A DNA stretch of 64,000 nucleotides, from positions 38,564,001 to 38,628,000 of the forward strand of contig OX597822.1 of the NCBI GenBank assembly GCA_951406725.2. Direction: 5' to 3'. The first letter of the stretch is position 1; each line of letters opens with the position of its first letter. Positions 37,581 to 50,135 of this stretch are shown piece after piece. The notes under the pieces were generated by a model. The model was not told the origin of the DNA. It worked only from the letters and a program-made list of their open reading frames with translations, and did no database searches. This DNA comes from Octopus vulgaris. Lineage: Eukaryota. Position numbers and translations under genes: made by a program.

Positions 37581-38549
37581 GAACTCTCTTAACTCAAAAA
37601 GCCTAATCGCTTTGTTAGCGACCAGTTCGAATTCTCTCAAGAAGCACTTGAATAAAACTCAAAGCAAAACAAACATACATACACATACATGCATGGAGGA
37701 AGTCAACTTGTGACCTAGTAAGAATGTCTTCCTAAACTAAGCAAGTCTGTGCAAATGTTCTATCAAACGTAAACATAACAGACTGAATATTGTTATTTGG
37801 CTCGGCATTTGGAGAAAGCAAATATATACAAAATTACACATAGAGACGTGCATACACATACATGGAAATATACACAACAAATATGTAAACAGAGATATAC
37901 ACAGAAATATGGAGTCACACAGAGAAACATAAATCAAACCATGTAGGTATAACTACAAAACACAGCCATGCGGCAGTGTGGTTATTGTGTGGGGGTAGTG
38001 CTGATGGTGGTGATAGATAGGCAGAGTTTAAAAATAGAAGAAAATGGGGTTAGACCCAATGAGGTCTTTTGGACCAGCTGGTTTTGGCAGTAGAACAATT
38101 GTGATGGCGATGGTGTGGTGGTGAGGAGTGTAAAGACATTTTCACAGGGAACTATCAGAGATCCATGTTACCCTCCACCCCACCACCACTATCACACTCC
38201 ATGGTGTTGTGATGGTGGTGGTATTAGAAACAGTAAAAGTTGTAGTAAAGGAGGGAGTATCAGATTCGGAAGACAGACTGGTGGGACCCTCCTCCCCCAT
38301 GTTAAAAGCAAAGAAGTGAACAGTAAGCTCATCCTCGCTCCACTCCCGACCACGCTCTTCACCAGTGCCACCAAATTACTATCACTGTAACAACACACAG
38401 AGACAAAGAGGAAGCTAGGTAACCACTATAAATTCAAGAAATCTGAGGGCTTCTGTTTGAATGAACCCAACACATACATGTGCAGACATATATATATGCC
38501 CCCCCACACACAAGTGCTATTATGGTATTGAGCATATTTTCTCCTGCTT

Positions 38550-38574
<25 letters not shown>

Positions 38575-38580
<6 letters not shown>

Positions 38581-38755
38581 TACCTGGTTAATAAAGATTT
38601 TAGAATTTTTTACTACGAGTGGCCTAGCGTATAGAAAAATTAGTCAATAGACTATATATTATTCATAAAGTCCAAACCACTTGGACTTTAGCTGTTCCTT
38701 CTAGCATAAGGGAGTCCTATGATAGATACCTCATAATGTGTTTAAATGTACACTG

Positions 38756-38762
<7 letters not shown>
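38575..38762. repeat. Dispersed repeat related to 59233-59556
   Basis: 38575-38655 resembles the reverse complement of 59480-59556; 38680-38762 resembles 59385-59468 directly. Confidence 0.6.
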
Positions 38763-38797
<35 letters not shown>

Positions 38798-38813
38798 GAA
38801 ATATTATTATTAT

Positions 38814-38852
<39 letters not shown>

Positions 38853-38853
<1 letters not shown>

Positions 38854-39214
38854 TAGCAGTATTGCCCGGCGTTGCTCAGGTTTGTAAGGGAAATAACTAT
38901 AAAGCATTTTTAGAGAGTTATAGCCAATAAATAGCAAAAAAATGGGAAAAAAATGATGGTAAATTTTTTTTGAGAGTTAAAAAAGGTCTGTGGTTTGGGT
39001 TTCTGATTCTCGACCCCATGTCGAATTTATCGATTTTTTTCAGAACTGGGGGAACTTTTCAAAATTTTCGCTGCGTTAGTTTTGAATTATGACATTGGGC
39101 TATGTGTGTGTCAAGTTTCATCAGAATCGGTTGAAAGCCGTGGTCAGAGTGAGGGTACGAGAAAACAGACACACAGAAAACGCACAGACAAACTGCCGTT
39201 TATATAGAGAGAGA
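38853..39214 (-). mobile_element. Non-autonomous Helitron
   Basis: Minus strand begins A|TCTCTCTCTATATAAAC and ends CCTGAGCAACGCCGGG (hairpin)-CAATACTG-CTAG|T; TC...CTAG termini at an AT site with no target duplication. Confidence 0.8.
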
Positions 39215-39844
39215 TATATATATATTATTCTGTTGACTTTAAAAAGCAGGAGAAAAGTGCTCAATACCATAATAGCATGTATATACATATACATTTGAAA
39301 AAAAAAATTCACAAAAATGAATGGAAAATGAATCAAAATGTCAGATATAAGTGACCCCTTGTGAAAGAGCGAAGAATAAGACCAAAACTACTAAATGGAA
39401 TTGAACTCTTGTGTCAATATTCACTGACCAGACCATATCCAACTTTTTTTTCAACTTTAGAATTATTGTTTACATTAACAGATATTCCTACACCTGTGAG
39501 CAATATCATAATCACAGACTGAAGACTGTGTATTTGGATCTACTTCCTGGTAATAATGGCTGTGGAAATTACTACTGCAGCACCTCGTACCTACCAGGCT
39601 TTCTCCAAATCGTAATTAGAGGCCTCCCCAACATCAATACCCAAAACAGAGATTTTGGTTATGTGTGCTGTTTTACGACATCATTAAAGCAGAAAATAAC
39701 GACAAAGATATTGCGTAGGAGATGGATCAATTGTACCATGAGAAGTAACAAGTGTCTCAATTGACAATTTAAAGCTATCAATATAACGGAAACAGTCATA
39801 AAACTATGTGCTTTTTATACACCCACACACACACATGTATAGAT

Positions 39845-40762
39845 GAGTGTGGTTAAGAAGGTTGTTTTGCAATGTGGTTTGGTTTTGGGGTTCAGTCCCT
39901 CTGCATGTCACTTCGGGCAAGTGTCTTCTACTATAGCCCTGGGTCAGCCAATGCCTTCTGAGTGAATGTAATAGACAGAAACTGCAGGTTCCTCACTACT
40001 TGACAACCAGTGCTGGTTTGTTTACATCCTTATAACTAAGTTGTTTAGTAAAAGAGACTGATGGGATAAGTATCAGGCTTTTAAAAAAAAGTACAGAGGT
40101 GATTAATTCAACAAAACCCTTCAAGGTGGTGCTCCAGCATGACCTCAATCCAATGACTGAAACTAGTAAAAGTTAAAAGATATATACATGTATACACACA
40201 CACACACTGGTACAGGTGAGGTATGGTGAAGCAGTTTGCCTCACAAACTTCAGGTTCTGGGTCTGACCCTACTTTGTGCCACTTTGGTCAGATGTATTTA
40301 ACCATAGCCCCCAGCCTTCAGAAGGAATTTGGTAATAGGGAACTGGTCAGAAGCCTGTCATGTCAGTGTGTGTATGTGTTTATAAGCGTGGTAAAAAGTT
40401 TGCTTCCCAACCACATGGTTCTGGGTTCAGTCTCACTGCATGACATCTTGCGCAAGTGTCTTCTGCTATAGCACCATGCTGACCAAAGCCTTGAGTGGAT
40501 CTGGTAGATGGAAACTGAAAGAAACCCATCATGTGTGTGTGTGTGTGTTTCCTACTATTGCTTGACAACCGGTGTTGCTTTGTTTATATCCCTGTAACTA
40601 GACAGTTTGGCAAGAGAGACTTATAGAAGAACCAGGCTTAAGAAAAAAGAAAATGAAAAATTTAGTATTGGGGCTGATTTATTCGACTAAAATTCTTTGA
40701 GGTGATGCCCCAGCATGGCCACAGTCTAATGATAGAAACAATTAAAAGATAAAAGATAAAGA
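39845..40762 (+). mobile_element. Cluster of three same-orientation SINE family B copies (~39845-40180, 40210-40375, 40385-40762)
   Basis: Three heads (GTGTGGTTAAGAAG / GTATGGTGAAGCAG / GCGTGGTAAAAAG) and two full tails. Confidence 0.8.
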
Positions 40763-40764
40763 TA

Positions 40765-41031
40765 TATTGAAAGATACAGATAAAGAAATAACTTTATTCT
40801 CAAATGCAGAATAATGCTAATAATATAGCACAAACAGGATAGACTATCCATATTTTTGTAGAAAAATAAAGCACTTGACGCGTAATCATAGGGATGTGAG
40901 TTCAAGTCTCATGGCTGGCCGCCAACAGATTTTTCAGCAAAAATATGGATAGCTTATCCTGTTCATGCTATATTATTAGCATTATCCTGTGTTTGAGAAT
41001 AAAATTATTTCCTTATCTCTATCTTTCAATA
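40765..41031. repeat. Long hairpin (~103-bp arms) enclosing a tRNA-like fragment
   Basis: Arm 40765-40867 (TATTGAAAGATACAGATAA...TATCCATATTTTTG) is the reverse complement of 40929-41031; the loop has a T-arm GTGAG-TTCAAGT-CTCAT. Confidence 0.85.
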
Positions 41032-41104
41032 CATCTCAACATTTCTAAAAGCAAAATTTGTCGACCTTCAACGTAAGTTGAATTTAATATATATATATAT
41101 ATAT

Positions 41105-41250
41105 ATAAAGTTAATCCAAACAAGAAAACACAAAAAAAAAAACTCAGCAACGCGAGGACGTAGAACAAATAAAGTATTATTGGACACTCAGGAAAGAAGG
41201 GAAGGAGGGTTTAACGTTTCGAGCGGAGCTCTTCGTCGGAAACAAAGGAG
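41105..41250 (-). mobile_element. Penelope-like repeat fragment with a hammerhead-like motif
   Basis: Minus strand GTTT-CCGACGA-AGAGC-TCC-GCTC-GAAA-CGTT-AAAC: stem I GTTT/AAAC, stem II GAGC/GCTC, palindromic AACGTT; the core deviates from CUGANGA at U4. Confidence 0.5.
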
Positions 41251-43079
41251 ATATATATATATATATACACCTTGTTACATTCCTGAAGAGATGAAACTAA
41301 GATGTATGTGGATTTAATCATTTAATAGATAGAGAGGGTTAACAAAAATAAGCCCAATGGTTATGTCATTGACTAAAATCTGTGAAGATGATGCCCCAGC
41401 TGTGCCACAATCGCTTGACAGATACCCATCAGTAAGAAGCATCAAAGAATGTGTGAGGATGTAAAACAAATTTGGTTGTCAGAGCGGTGGAAGGAGCAGT
41501 CTCATCTGTTTGTGGCTTGCAGTAGTGGTGGTGGTGGTGATGATGGGGGTGGTGATGGCAGTGGTGGTGGTATTAGTTTTGTGACTGTGCCCCTCCTTCA
41601 CTTGCACCACCACCACCAACACCACCACCTATCAGTGTTAAGAATTAAAAGAGTTAAGAATAGTAAAGTAGGTCCTACCAGAAACCAGGATAACTTAGCA
41701 GGAATTTCCTCTCCACTCCTGCTCTGGCAGGGAGTCGGTTAAGATTCCAACTGAAGAATCAGCCGCAAGAACTTTGCTGCTGCTGTTACTGCAACACTGG
41801 TACAGCTCCTATCACACTCCTCCACCCACCACCACTACAAGTAGCACCAGCACCACCACCATCACTGTTTAAGGTAGTGGGGTTAGTGTGATAGCAATTA
41901 CATTAGGGGTTACAGTGTGAGAGTGAAAGTGGGAGAGCAGTATTGTTGCTGTTGTAATTTAACCCCAAGTAAGACACTTATCTAAGACCTATGACCAAAG
42001 ACATTCCAACTGTGACCATCCTGTCTTTTTCCTGTGTAAAAGGGAGCTGGAATTCAGCTCTGCATTATTCAACATTCATTTTCTAAAATGGTACAATGAA
42101 CATGAGGGAAATTTGCCTGCTATTTCTAGTAAATGAAGTGACCGCGTAGAGCAAACCTAAATGGTTCAGGTTGCAGTAATGATGCTGGTAGCAGCATAGG
42201 TACGGTTTTGATGGTGGTGGTTGCGGAAGTAATGGCTTTGGTTGTGCTACTGGTGGTGCATAGCATTGTTTCTGGTGGTTGGTGATGGGGAGGAGGGGGG
42301 ATAGGGCAGGACTAAGCATCACCAAAAACAACATCAACAGAAACAGGAACAACATCAAGTGAAAACAATAGGAGAAAGAACATAATGGATGAATCCCTTA
42401 ACTTGGATGTTGGCATGGCAACATCATGTGTGTGTAGTAGAATGGACATGCGTGCGCGCGCGTGCGTGCGTGTATACAATTGTACAGAATCACTTCTATT
42501 CTTAATAACCCACATCCATACATCATCAATGTATCCCCCACCCTTTTCACTATCAAAGCCCTATTTTTCCTTATTTCACCTTATTTATATCTACTTTCTC
42601 TTTCTGTCTCTTTCACACACACATACACAACACAATACACACACACAGATACACATTCACACAGATTTTAACCAATTTCCTATTTTCAACTTCCTTTTAC
42701 TTTCTCCTCCTCCTCCTCATTTAAAAAAAAATCCTGCCCCCACAATTTCCTCATTCATTTATCACCTTTCTTCTACCACCACCACCACCACCACCACCAC
42801 CGTTAGCTCCCCCCCTTACCTTACTATTTATAAACAACCTCTTCACCACCAACCTCGTCTTTATGTCTTTATCGTCAGCTTTTCTTCAATGATGTTTTTG
42901 CAAGATGAGAGATAGGAGGTGAAGGGGACGGGAAGAGGAGAAAGGGACAGACACACTATGTCACACACACACACACACACTATTAGCAACAACCATAGTA
43001 AATTGGTGTAATTGCATAAACTGTGTTTATGTATCTGTATGTATGTGACTGTGTGTGTGTATGTGTGTATGTGTGTATA

Positions 43080-43116
<37 letters not shown>

Positions 43117-43178
43117 GAGTGTGTGACTGATTATGTTTGCTGATATGCATGTGTATGTATGTGACTGATTGTTTGCCA

Positions 43179-43238
<60 letters not shown>

Positions 43239-43683
43239 ATACGTATGTGACTGATTATATTTACCAATACATGTGTGCAAATATGTGACTTTATATATGA
43301 ATGTAGGTGTGTGTGTGTGACTGTATGTACATGTGTGTATAGGCGTATATGTATCTATGTGTTGGCGCAGAGGTAACACCACTGCTCCTTCAAATCTAGT
43401 TGAATCAATCAACAAAAAAGGAGGGAGGTGAAAGGGAGGGAGGGAGGGAGAGAGAGAGAGAGGAAGAAAAACGAGAGAAAGAAGAAGAAAAAGGATGGGA
43501 AAAGAGAGAAAAGAGTTGAGAAGAAGAGAGGGTGAGAGGTGTGATAGAGAATTACAATAAGAATGGGGGGAGGGGAAGTAGTCAGTTGAAAGAAAGAGAA
43601 TAAAGGTGGAGAGATGAGTAATAAACAGATCAAAAGGTGAGAGTGAGTGAAAGCAAGTGAAAAGGGGAGGATGGGAGGTAGAG

Positions 43684-43737
<54 letters not shown>

Positions 43738-43949
43738 TGCATGTATGATCAGGGAGAGAAAATAGTACCTTTACGATACATGCGTGCATGAACACATACA
43801 CACGCACGATCCAGGGAAATATTTTCCCCAGCAAGAATAGTGCTTACTGTGACTTCTGGGGCAAGAAATATGCGTTCTATGGAAGTTTTGAGTAATCCTT
43901 CATTTCAATGTAATTTTTACTATGGTTGTTGTTGTTGTGGGTGTGTGTG

Positions 43950-43985
<36 letters not shown>

Positions 43986-44074
43986 TGTGTCTGTCCCTTC
44001 CTCCTCCTCCTTTCCCCTTCACCTCCTATCTCTCATCTTCATTTTAATATAACTCAATATGAAAATGATATATA

Positions 44075-44300
44075 TAAAACTTAGATATGTTTCGACCAAA
44101 GATTGGTCCAGGCCATGTCTAACTTAATAGCACCACTTGATAGGATTATCTAAATTCTTTTTAAGTCAAGTTTTGTTTATGGTCCATTCAAGTAGTGAGT
44201 TCTTGTTGAGTGAGTTGTTTCCAGGTATGGGTGGCTTATCTGGTATTCCTTGAAGAAATCTATCTGTGCAGACTCCGTTTAAAGGTGATGGGACCCTTTT
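44075..44300 (-). mobile_element. CR1-group LINE 3' end
   Basis: DRFLQGIPDKPPIPGNNSLNKNSLLEW resembles the LD.FL..IPD.P......NSL..W terminus of invertebrate CR1-type ORF2. Confidence 0.6.
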
Positions 44301-44652
44301 ATCATCATCACCATTAAACATCTGTTGTCCATACTGGCTTGGGTTGGACAGTTTGACCAGGGCTGGTAAGCAGGAAGGCTGCACCAGGCACCAGTCTGAT
44401 TTGGCATGGTTTTCTATAGCTGGATGCCCTTCCTAATGCCAACCACTCTGAGAGTATAATGAGTGCTTCTACATGCCACTAGCATGGGTACCAGTTTGTG
44501 TGACACTGGTATCTGTCACAACTGTAATTTTACTCAGTTTGATGGGTCTTCTCAAGCATGACATAATGCCAAAGGTCTTGATATCCAATGCTCAAAAGGA
44601 ACTCAACCACTTTGCTTCTGTGAGGTCCAACGCTCAAAAGGAACTCAGCCAT
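44301..44652 (-). mobile_element. Family C element (RTE-type tail)
   Basis: Family C motifs in reverse; the 5' end has two TGAGTTCCTTTTGAGC units. Confidence 0.85.
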
Positions 44653-44923
44653 AATGTAACCATATGTGATTTGCTGGCGATTTTCTTCCTCCGTCTGCCC
44701 TTCTATTGGACTTTCATCTGTTTCCGAAGAAACTGGATCTCTTGCCCTGGCTTGTCTTTGGATCAAGCCATTAAGGTCGAGAGAATCTGTGAGGTAGCTA
44801 TGCAAGCCTTACTGGAGCTAAAGTTCCAGGCTGTGCAATCGCTGGTGAGGCATTGTCTGGTCAAGTCAGTAGGCACTGCAGCGAGCATGGAAGCTACAGG
44901 CACAAACCTGAATGAAGATGACT

Positions 44924-45437
44924 TGAGTTCCTTTCAAGTTGGCCATATGCAGGCAAGGAGGCTGAGTTCCTTTCAAGCGTTGGGCCTCACGGAGGCAAAG
45001 TGGCTGAGTTCCTTTTGAGCTGGCCTCATGCAGGCGAGGTGGTTGAGTTCCTTTCGAGCAAGCCTCACAGAGGTGAGGTGGCTGAGTTCCTTTCAAGCAG
45101 GCCTCATGGAGGTGAGGTGGTTGAGCAGGCCTCATGAAAGCGAGGTGGCTGAGCTCCTTTCAAGTGTTGGGCCTCACAGAGGCAATGACTAAGACCTTTG
45201 GCATTATGTTGTGTTTGAGAAGTCCTCTCAAGCCGAGCAAAATTGCAGTCATGGCAGATACACATAAAAGCACCCATTACACTCTTGGAGTGGTTGGCAT
45301 TAGGAAGGGCATCCAACTGTAGAAAACCATGCGAAACCGGACTGGATCCTGGTGCAGCCTTCTGGTGTGACAGCCCAGTCAAACCATTCAACCCATACCA
45401 GCATGGACAATGGATGTTAAATGATGATGACAATGAT
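44924..45437 (+). mobile_element. Family C element with a 39-42 bp tandem array at its 5' end
   Basis: About 6 units of TGAGTTCCTTTCRAGC..GGCCTCAYRSAGGYGAGGTGGC (44924-45185), followed by the family C tail. Confidence 0.85.
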
Positions 45438-46467
45438 GCCACACACACACGCACCACACCACACACACATATGTATAAGTTTACACACTTGCATGTGTGT
45501 GTGTGTGTGTTGCACACTTATGTGTCAGTACCCACAGTTTACTTTATATGTTGTGTATAGCAATGTGGAATAGAATTTTAATGTCTGGGAAAATGTTAGT
45601 GAGAACTTCAATACAAGAACACCAAAGAGAACAAATTGCCAACACGACAACAACAACTATAATAACAATTGCAGTGACAACAAGTGCAATGGTTGTGTGC
45701 GTGTTTGTGGTGTGTGTTGTGTGTGTGTGTGTATGTGTGTGACATTAATGCGATGTGTAAAATAAACAGACGTACATGTGACTATATGTAAAGTAGAGAT
45801 TTAATGCGTGTATGTGCTGTGGTATGTAAAATAGTGATGTGTGTGTGTGTAGGTTGCTGTGATGGTATGTAAACTAGATTCTGTGTGTGTGTGCGTGTGT
45901 GTTTGAAGGCTGCGTTTGTGAGAGGAGGCTACAGTGTGATGGTATGTAAAATTGAGGTGTATGAGAGAAGGCTGCTGTGCTCTGTTGTGATGGTATGGAC
46001 AAATACCACTAGGGTGGGGTAATATCTAGACTAGCAATTGTCACACCACTTGTGTGTGATTTTGGTGATGATGATGGTGGTGGTGGTTGTGGTGTGTATA
46101 AGGGGTGAAGAAGTGGGTAGGTGCCCTGTAACAGATCTTTCTGGTAGTGTGGAAAGGTGAGGCTGACCAGAGACAAAGCTTAGGTGTGTGTGAGAGAGAG
46201 AGTATGTATGTGTTTGTGCATGTGTGTGTATTTGTGTGTGTGTGTGTGTGTGCATGCGTGCACAATTATTATTGTAATATATTTCAGAATTATAAGGCAG
46301 TGAGCTAGCAGAATCATTAACACGCCAGTCAAAATGCTTAACAGCATTTCATCTATCTTTATATTCTGAGTCAATAAAATAAACACCAGTCGAGTACTGG
46401 GGATCAATGTAATTGACTTACAGTACTCCCTTAAAGTTGTTGGCTTTGTGCCAAAATCTGAAACCAA

Positions 46468-46895
46468 CATCATCATCACCATTGGGTAATGACATGGGTT
46501 GGATGGTTTGACTGAGGACTGGCAAGCCAGTAGGCTGCATCAGACTCCAATCTGATCTGGCAAGGTTTCTACAGCTGGATGCCCTTCCTAACACCAACCA
46601 TTCTGAGAGTGTAGTGGGTGCTTTTTACGTGCCACCAGCACAGGAGCCAGTCAAGCAGTACTGGCATCAACCATGATTGGCTTACATGCCTGTGGCACAC
46701 AAAAGCACAGTCCGAAAATGATTGATGCCAGTGCCCCCTGATTGGTTCCTGAGCTGGTGACAACGTAAAATGTACCTTCTGAACGTGGTCAATGCCATTG
46801 CCCCCGCCAATGGCTCCTGTACTGGTGGCACATAAAAAGCACCATCCGAATGTGGTCACTGCCAGTGCCTCCTGACTGGCTCCCGTACCATTAGC
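46468..46895 (-). mobile_element. Family C element with internal ~58-bp modules
   Basis: Tail motif in reverse (46495-46660), then GCCAGTGCC...CTGACTGGCTCC...GGTGGCAC.TAAAAAGCACC modules. Confidence 0.75.
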
Positions 46896-47482
46896 AAGCC
46901 AATATATTTCAAAATTAGAGTTGTTAATGATGATGGTCACAATTATAGCAAGAATATAATGATATTGATGATGATGATAGTGATGACTTTGGATATAATT
47001 GTGGTGAGAGTGGTGGTGGTAAGTGGTACTATGAGTATCTGTTGACAACAGTATTGTCTTCCCCAAATGTCTGTTCACTGTTGAGTGTATGCCAAACTCT
47101 GTTCACTGGTGACTGTACACCACACTGTTCACATTTTTTCAGCTATTAGTTATGTTTCAGTTACAAGTCTGTTTACAAATGATTACAAACTACACATTGT
47201 TCACTTGTTCTCGACTATGAGAAATATTTCAGTCACAGGTTTGTTTACTATTGGCTGTACATATATAATCCTTCAAATTATTCACCATGCTTGACCACTA
47301 AAGTCGCAAGTTTTTTTCATTCTTTCTCTTTTTATTTTCTCTTATTCCTTACTGTTGGAGAGCGTATGCTTGAAATGTAAAAGACTTTTTCATTTTCCCA
47401 GGTGTCAAACTAATATAGCTGCTTGTTATTCATACACCTGTCTTGGTCTTTTGTTTTCCTATAAATTTCAACTATATATAAT

Positions 47483-47701
47483 CTTTTACTTGTTTCATTC
47501 ATTAGACTGCAGCCTTGTTGGGGCACTGCTTTGAAGGATTTTAGTTAAAAAATCAACCCCAGTACTTATTTTTTGTTAAGCCTAGTAATTATTCTATTGG
47601 TTTCTTTTGCTAAGCTGCTAAGTTACGGGGACGTAAACACACCAACACTGGTTGTCAAGCAACGATGGGGAACAAATACAGACACATATAGGCACACAAA
47701 C

Positions 47702-47736
<35 letters not shown>

Positions 47737-47835
47737 TATACACACAATTGGGCTTCTCTCAGTTTCTATCTACCAAATTTTCCACTCACAAGGCTTTGGT
47801 CAGCCTGAGGCTATATATTAGAAGACACTTACCCA
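47483..47835 (-). mobile_element. SINE family B
   Basis: Reverse complement of family B body and tail. Confidence 0.85.
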
Positions 47836-47987
47836 ATATATATTAGAGCTGAGACTGGAAATATTTGGCATATTTTAAATTTCCTGTTACACATGTTTCA
47901 TTACAGTATATAAAATATATTCTAAATATAAATATTAATATTCATCATGATGATATTATAAATATAATAAAATTCATAACAGGTATG

Positions 47988-48440
47988 TCATCATCATCAT
48001 TTAGTGTCCTTTTTCCATGCTGGCAATGGTTGGATGGTATGACATGGAGCTAGATAGCAGGGAGCCATCCAGACTCCAACCGTCTGTTGTGGCATGGTTT
48101 CCACAGCTGGATGCTCTCCGTAATGCTATCCACTTAACAGACTGTGCTGGGTGCTTTTTGTGTGCCACCAGCATGCACACTGGCACGGGTGCTTTCTATG
48201 TGGCACCAGCACCTCAAGGACAAGCTTGTATGTGTGGAAGACAGCGATTTCACTTAGCTTGACACTTCTTATCAAGTACAACAAATTGCCACATCTGGTC
48301 CCTTGTCATTTCCTCAGTGAGGGCCAGCATCCAAAGATCTGTTCTCACTATTTGGTCTTACATCTTCCTAGACCTACCCCTTCTACAATTAGAGCTCATC
48401 ACTTCTTTATGCAGCTGTCCTCATTCATATGCCTGTCCAT
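47988..48440 (-). mobile_element. RTE LINE 3' end
   Basis: Reverse complement aligns with 62915-63368 (MNEDSCIKK..ALIV.G...GR.RKM motif region plus 3' UTR). Confidence 0.85.
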
Positions 48441-49654
48441 GTAGAAAACATGCTTGGGATCTCCTACCCATAATTCCTCAAACAAAGACTCGAGGTACAC
48501 AGCTTGGATTATGAAGGTTCAGGAGGACACGGCTCGGACCCTTTTTATACACTATTTATATGTGTCCTCTCTTTCCTTTCCTCTCTCTCAGAACCTTCAC
48601 CTACCACCATCAGTCATCAGTCTATGCCATTCTAACATGACAGACATAAACAGCTGTTTCTTTACAAATAAACTTAAAACAACAAATTGAGACACATTGA
48701 AACAATTTTTTTTCTAGCTACCACCCACACTGTAGCACTCACCACCACTACCACTACTAGTACTACTACACATTACATCAGTTCACTACCACCCACACTA
48801 CATATCAATTACTACCACTGACACTGTATCACACAACTACTAAGGTGGTGACAGACAACCACCACCACCATCACAATGTAGTCTATGTATAATTTTCTCC
48901 CACCATGTTCAGGGTCAGTGGTATGGTTTCTCCTCTAAGTGATAAAAGATACAGACACATAGGTACATACACACACACACACTTTCTCTGTGTGTGTGTG
49001 TGTGTGTGTGTAAGTATATAAGTATATGTTTACTTGTGTGTTTATATAAATTCCAATAAGAAAGTGTTTAGTTTGATCAAATGTTCATTCATCCATTTTT
49101 CTACACTAGTATGGGTTAGATGAATATACCACTGAAGCATTGTTTTACAGCCAGATGCACTCCCTGTGGCTAACCCTTACTTCTTTCAGATTAGGGATCC
49201 CTTACTCCACATGTTTTCAATGGCACAAAGCCCCTCAGAAGATTTGCGAATAGGGGGAAATAGCGATACCAATGCTTTTAACTGAATAATATTCAAGGAC
49301 GCACAAGTGTAAAAAAACACACACAAACACCCAAAAATGTATATGACTGCTTTGCGTGTGTGTGTGTGTGTGTGGGGGGGGTGTCTTCCAAATTCACTCA
49401 CAAGGCTTTGGTCAGCTTTGAGTTATAATAAAGGACTCTTGCTCAAAGTGTTGTCCAGCAGACTAAGCTTGAGCCTAATAGTTGCAAAGCCAACATCTTA
49501 ACCACATAGATATGCCTACACCTGTATTGCATTTAAGGTATATATATCATCATCATTTAAAGTATGTTGTTCATGCTGGTTGGATGGTTTGACTGGGCTG
49601 GCATGCTGGAAAGGTGCACCATGACATTTTGTTTTACATATCTACATGGTCAAT

Positions 49655-49932
49655 GCCAGCTCCTCTGCCCTGACTGGCTCCTGTGCTGGTGACACATAAA
49701 AAGCCCCATCCGAACATGGCTGATGCCAGTGCCACCTAACTGGCTCCCGTGCCGGTGGCACGTAAAATGCATCCACTACACTCTCGGAGTGGTTGACATT
49801 AGGAAGGGCATCCAGCTGTAGAAACATTGCCAGATCAGATTCGAGTCCGGTGTGGCCCCCTGGCTTGCCAGTCCCCAGTCAAACCGTCCCACCCATGCCA
49901 GCATGGAAAACGAACGTTAAACAATGATGATG
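49655..49932 (+). mobile_element. Family C element
   Basis: Two internal modules, then TTAGGAAGGGCATCCAGCTGTAGAAAC...CCCATGCCAGCATGGAAAACGAACGTTAAAC. Confidence 0.85.
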
Positions 49933-49959
49933 TTACATATATATGTGTGTGTGTGTATA

Positions 49960-50135
49960 CAGGACCATCTTGGCAGTATTCTAGACCCCTTGGAAAATCA
50001 ATTCACTAGGCCCTATAGTATTTGTATTTATTTACTGACAGCAAGCGCACAGCATACATAGATTGGAAGTGGAGCCCTAGATTTGTGAGGCCCCTGGGCC
50101 ACTGCCTTCTATGCTTGTGCCTTAAGATAGTACTG
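49960..50135. mobile_element. hAT-type MITE (decayed)
   Basis: Imperfect TIR CAGGACCATCTT ... AAGATAGTACTG; 8-bp flanks TGTGTATA/TATGTATA. Confidence 0.55.

Noticed and set aside
43131-43834. Hydrophobic L/S/F-rich ORFs resembling membrane proteins (also 12185-12579, 36181-36504)
   Set aside because: Reverse translation of (GA)n and polypurine tracts.
44473-45018. 181-aa ORF
   Set aside because: Reads through two repeat copies and a tandem array; not a coherent gene.
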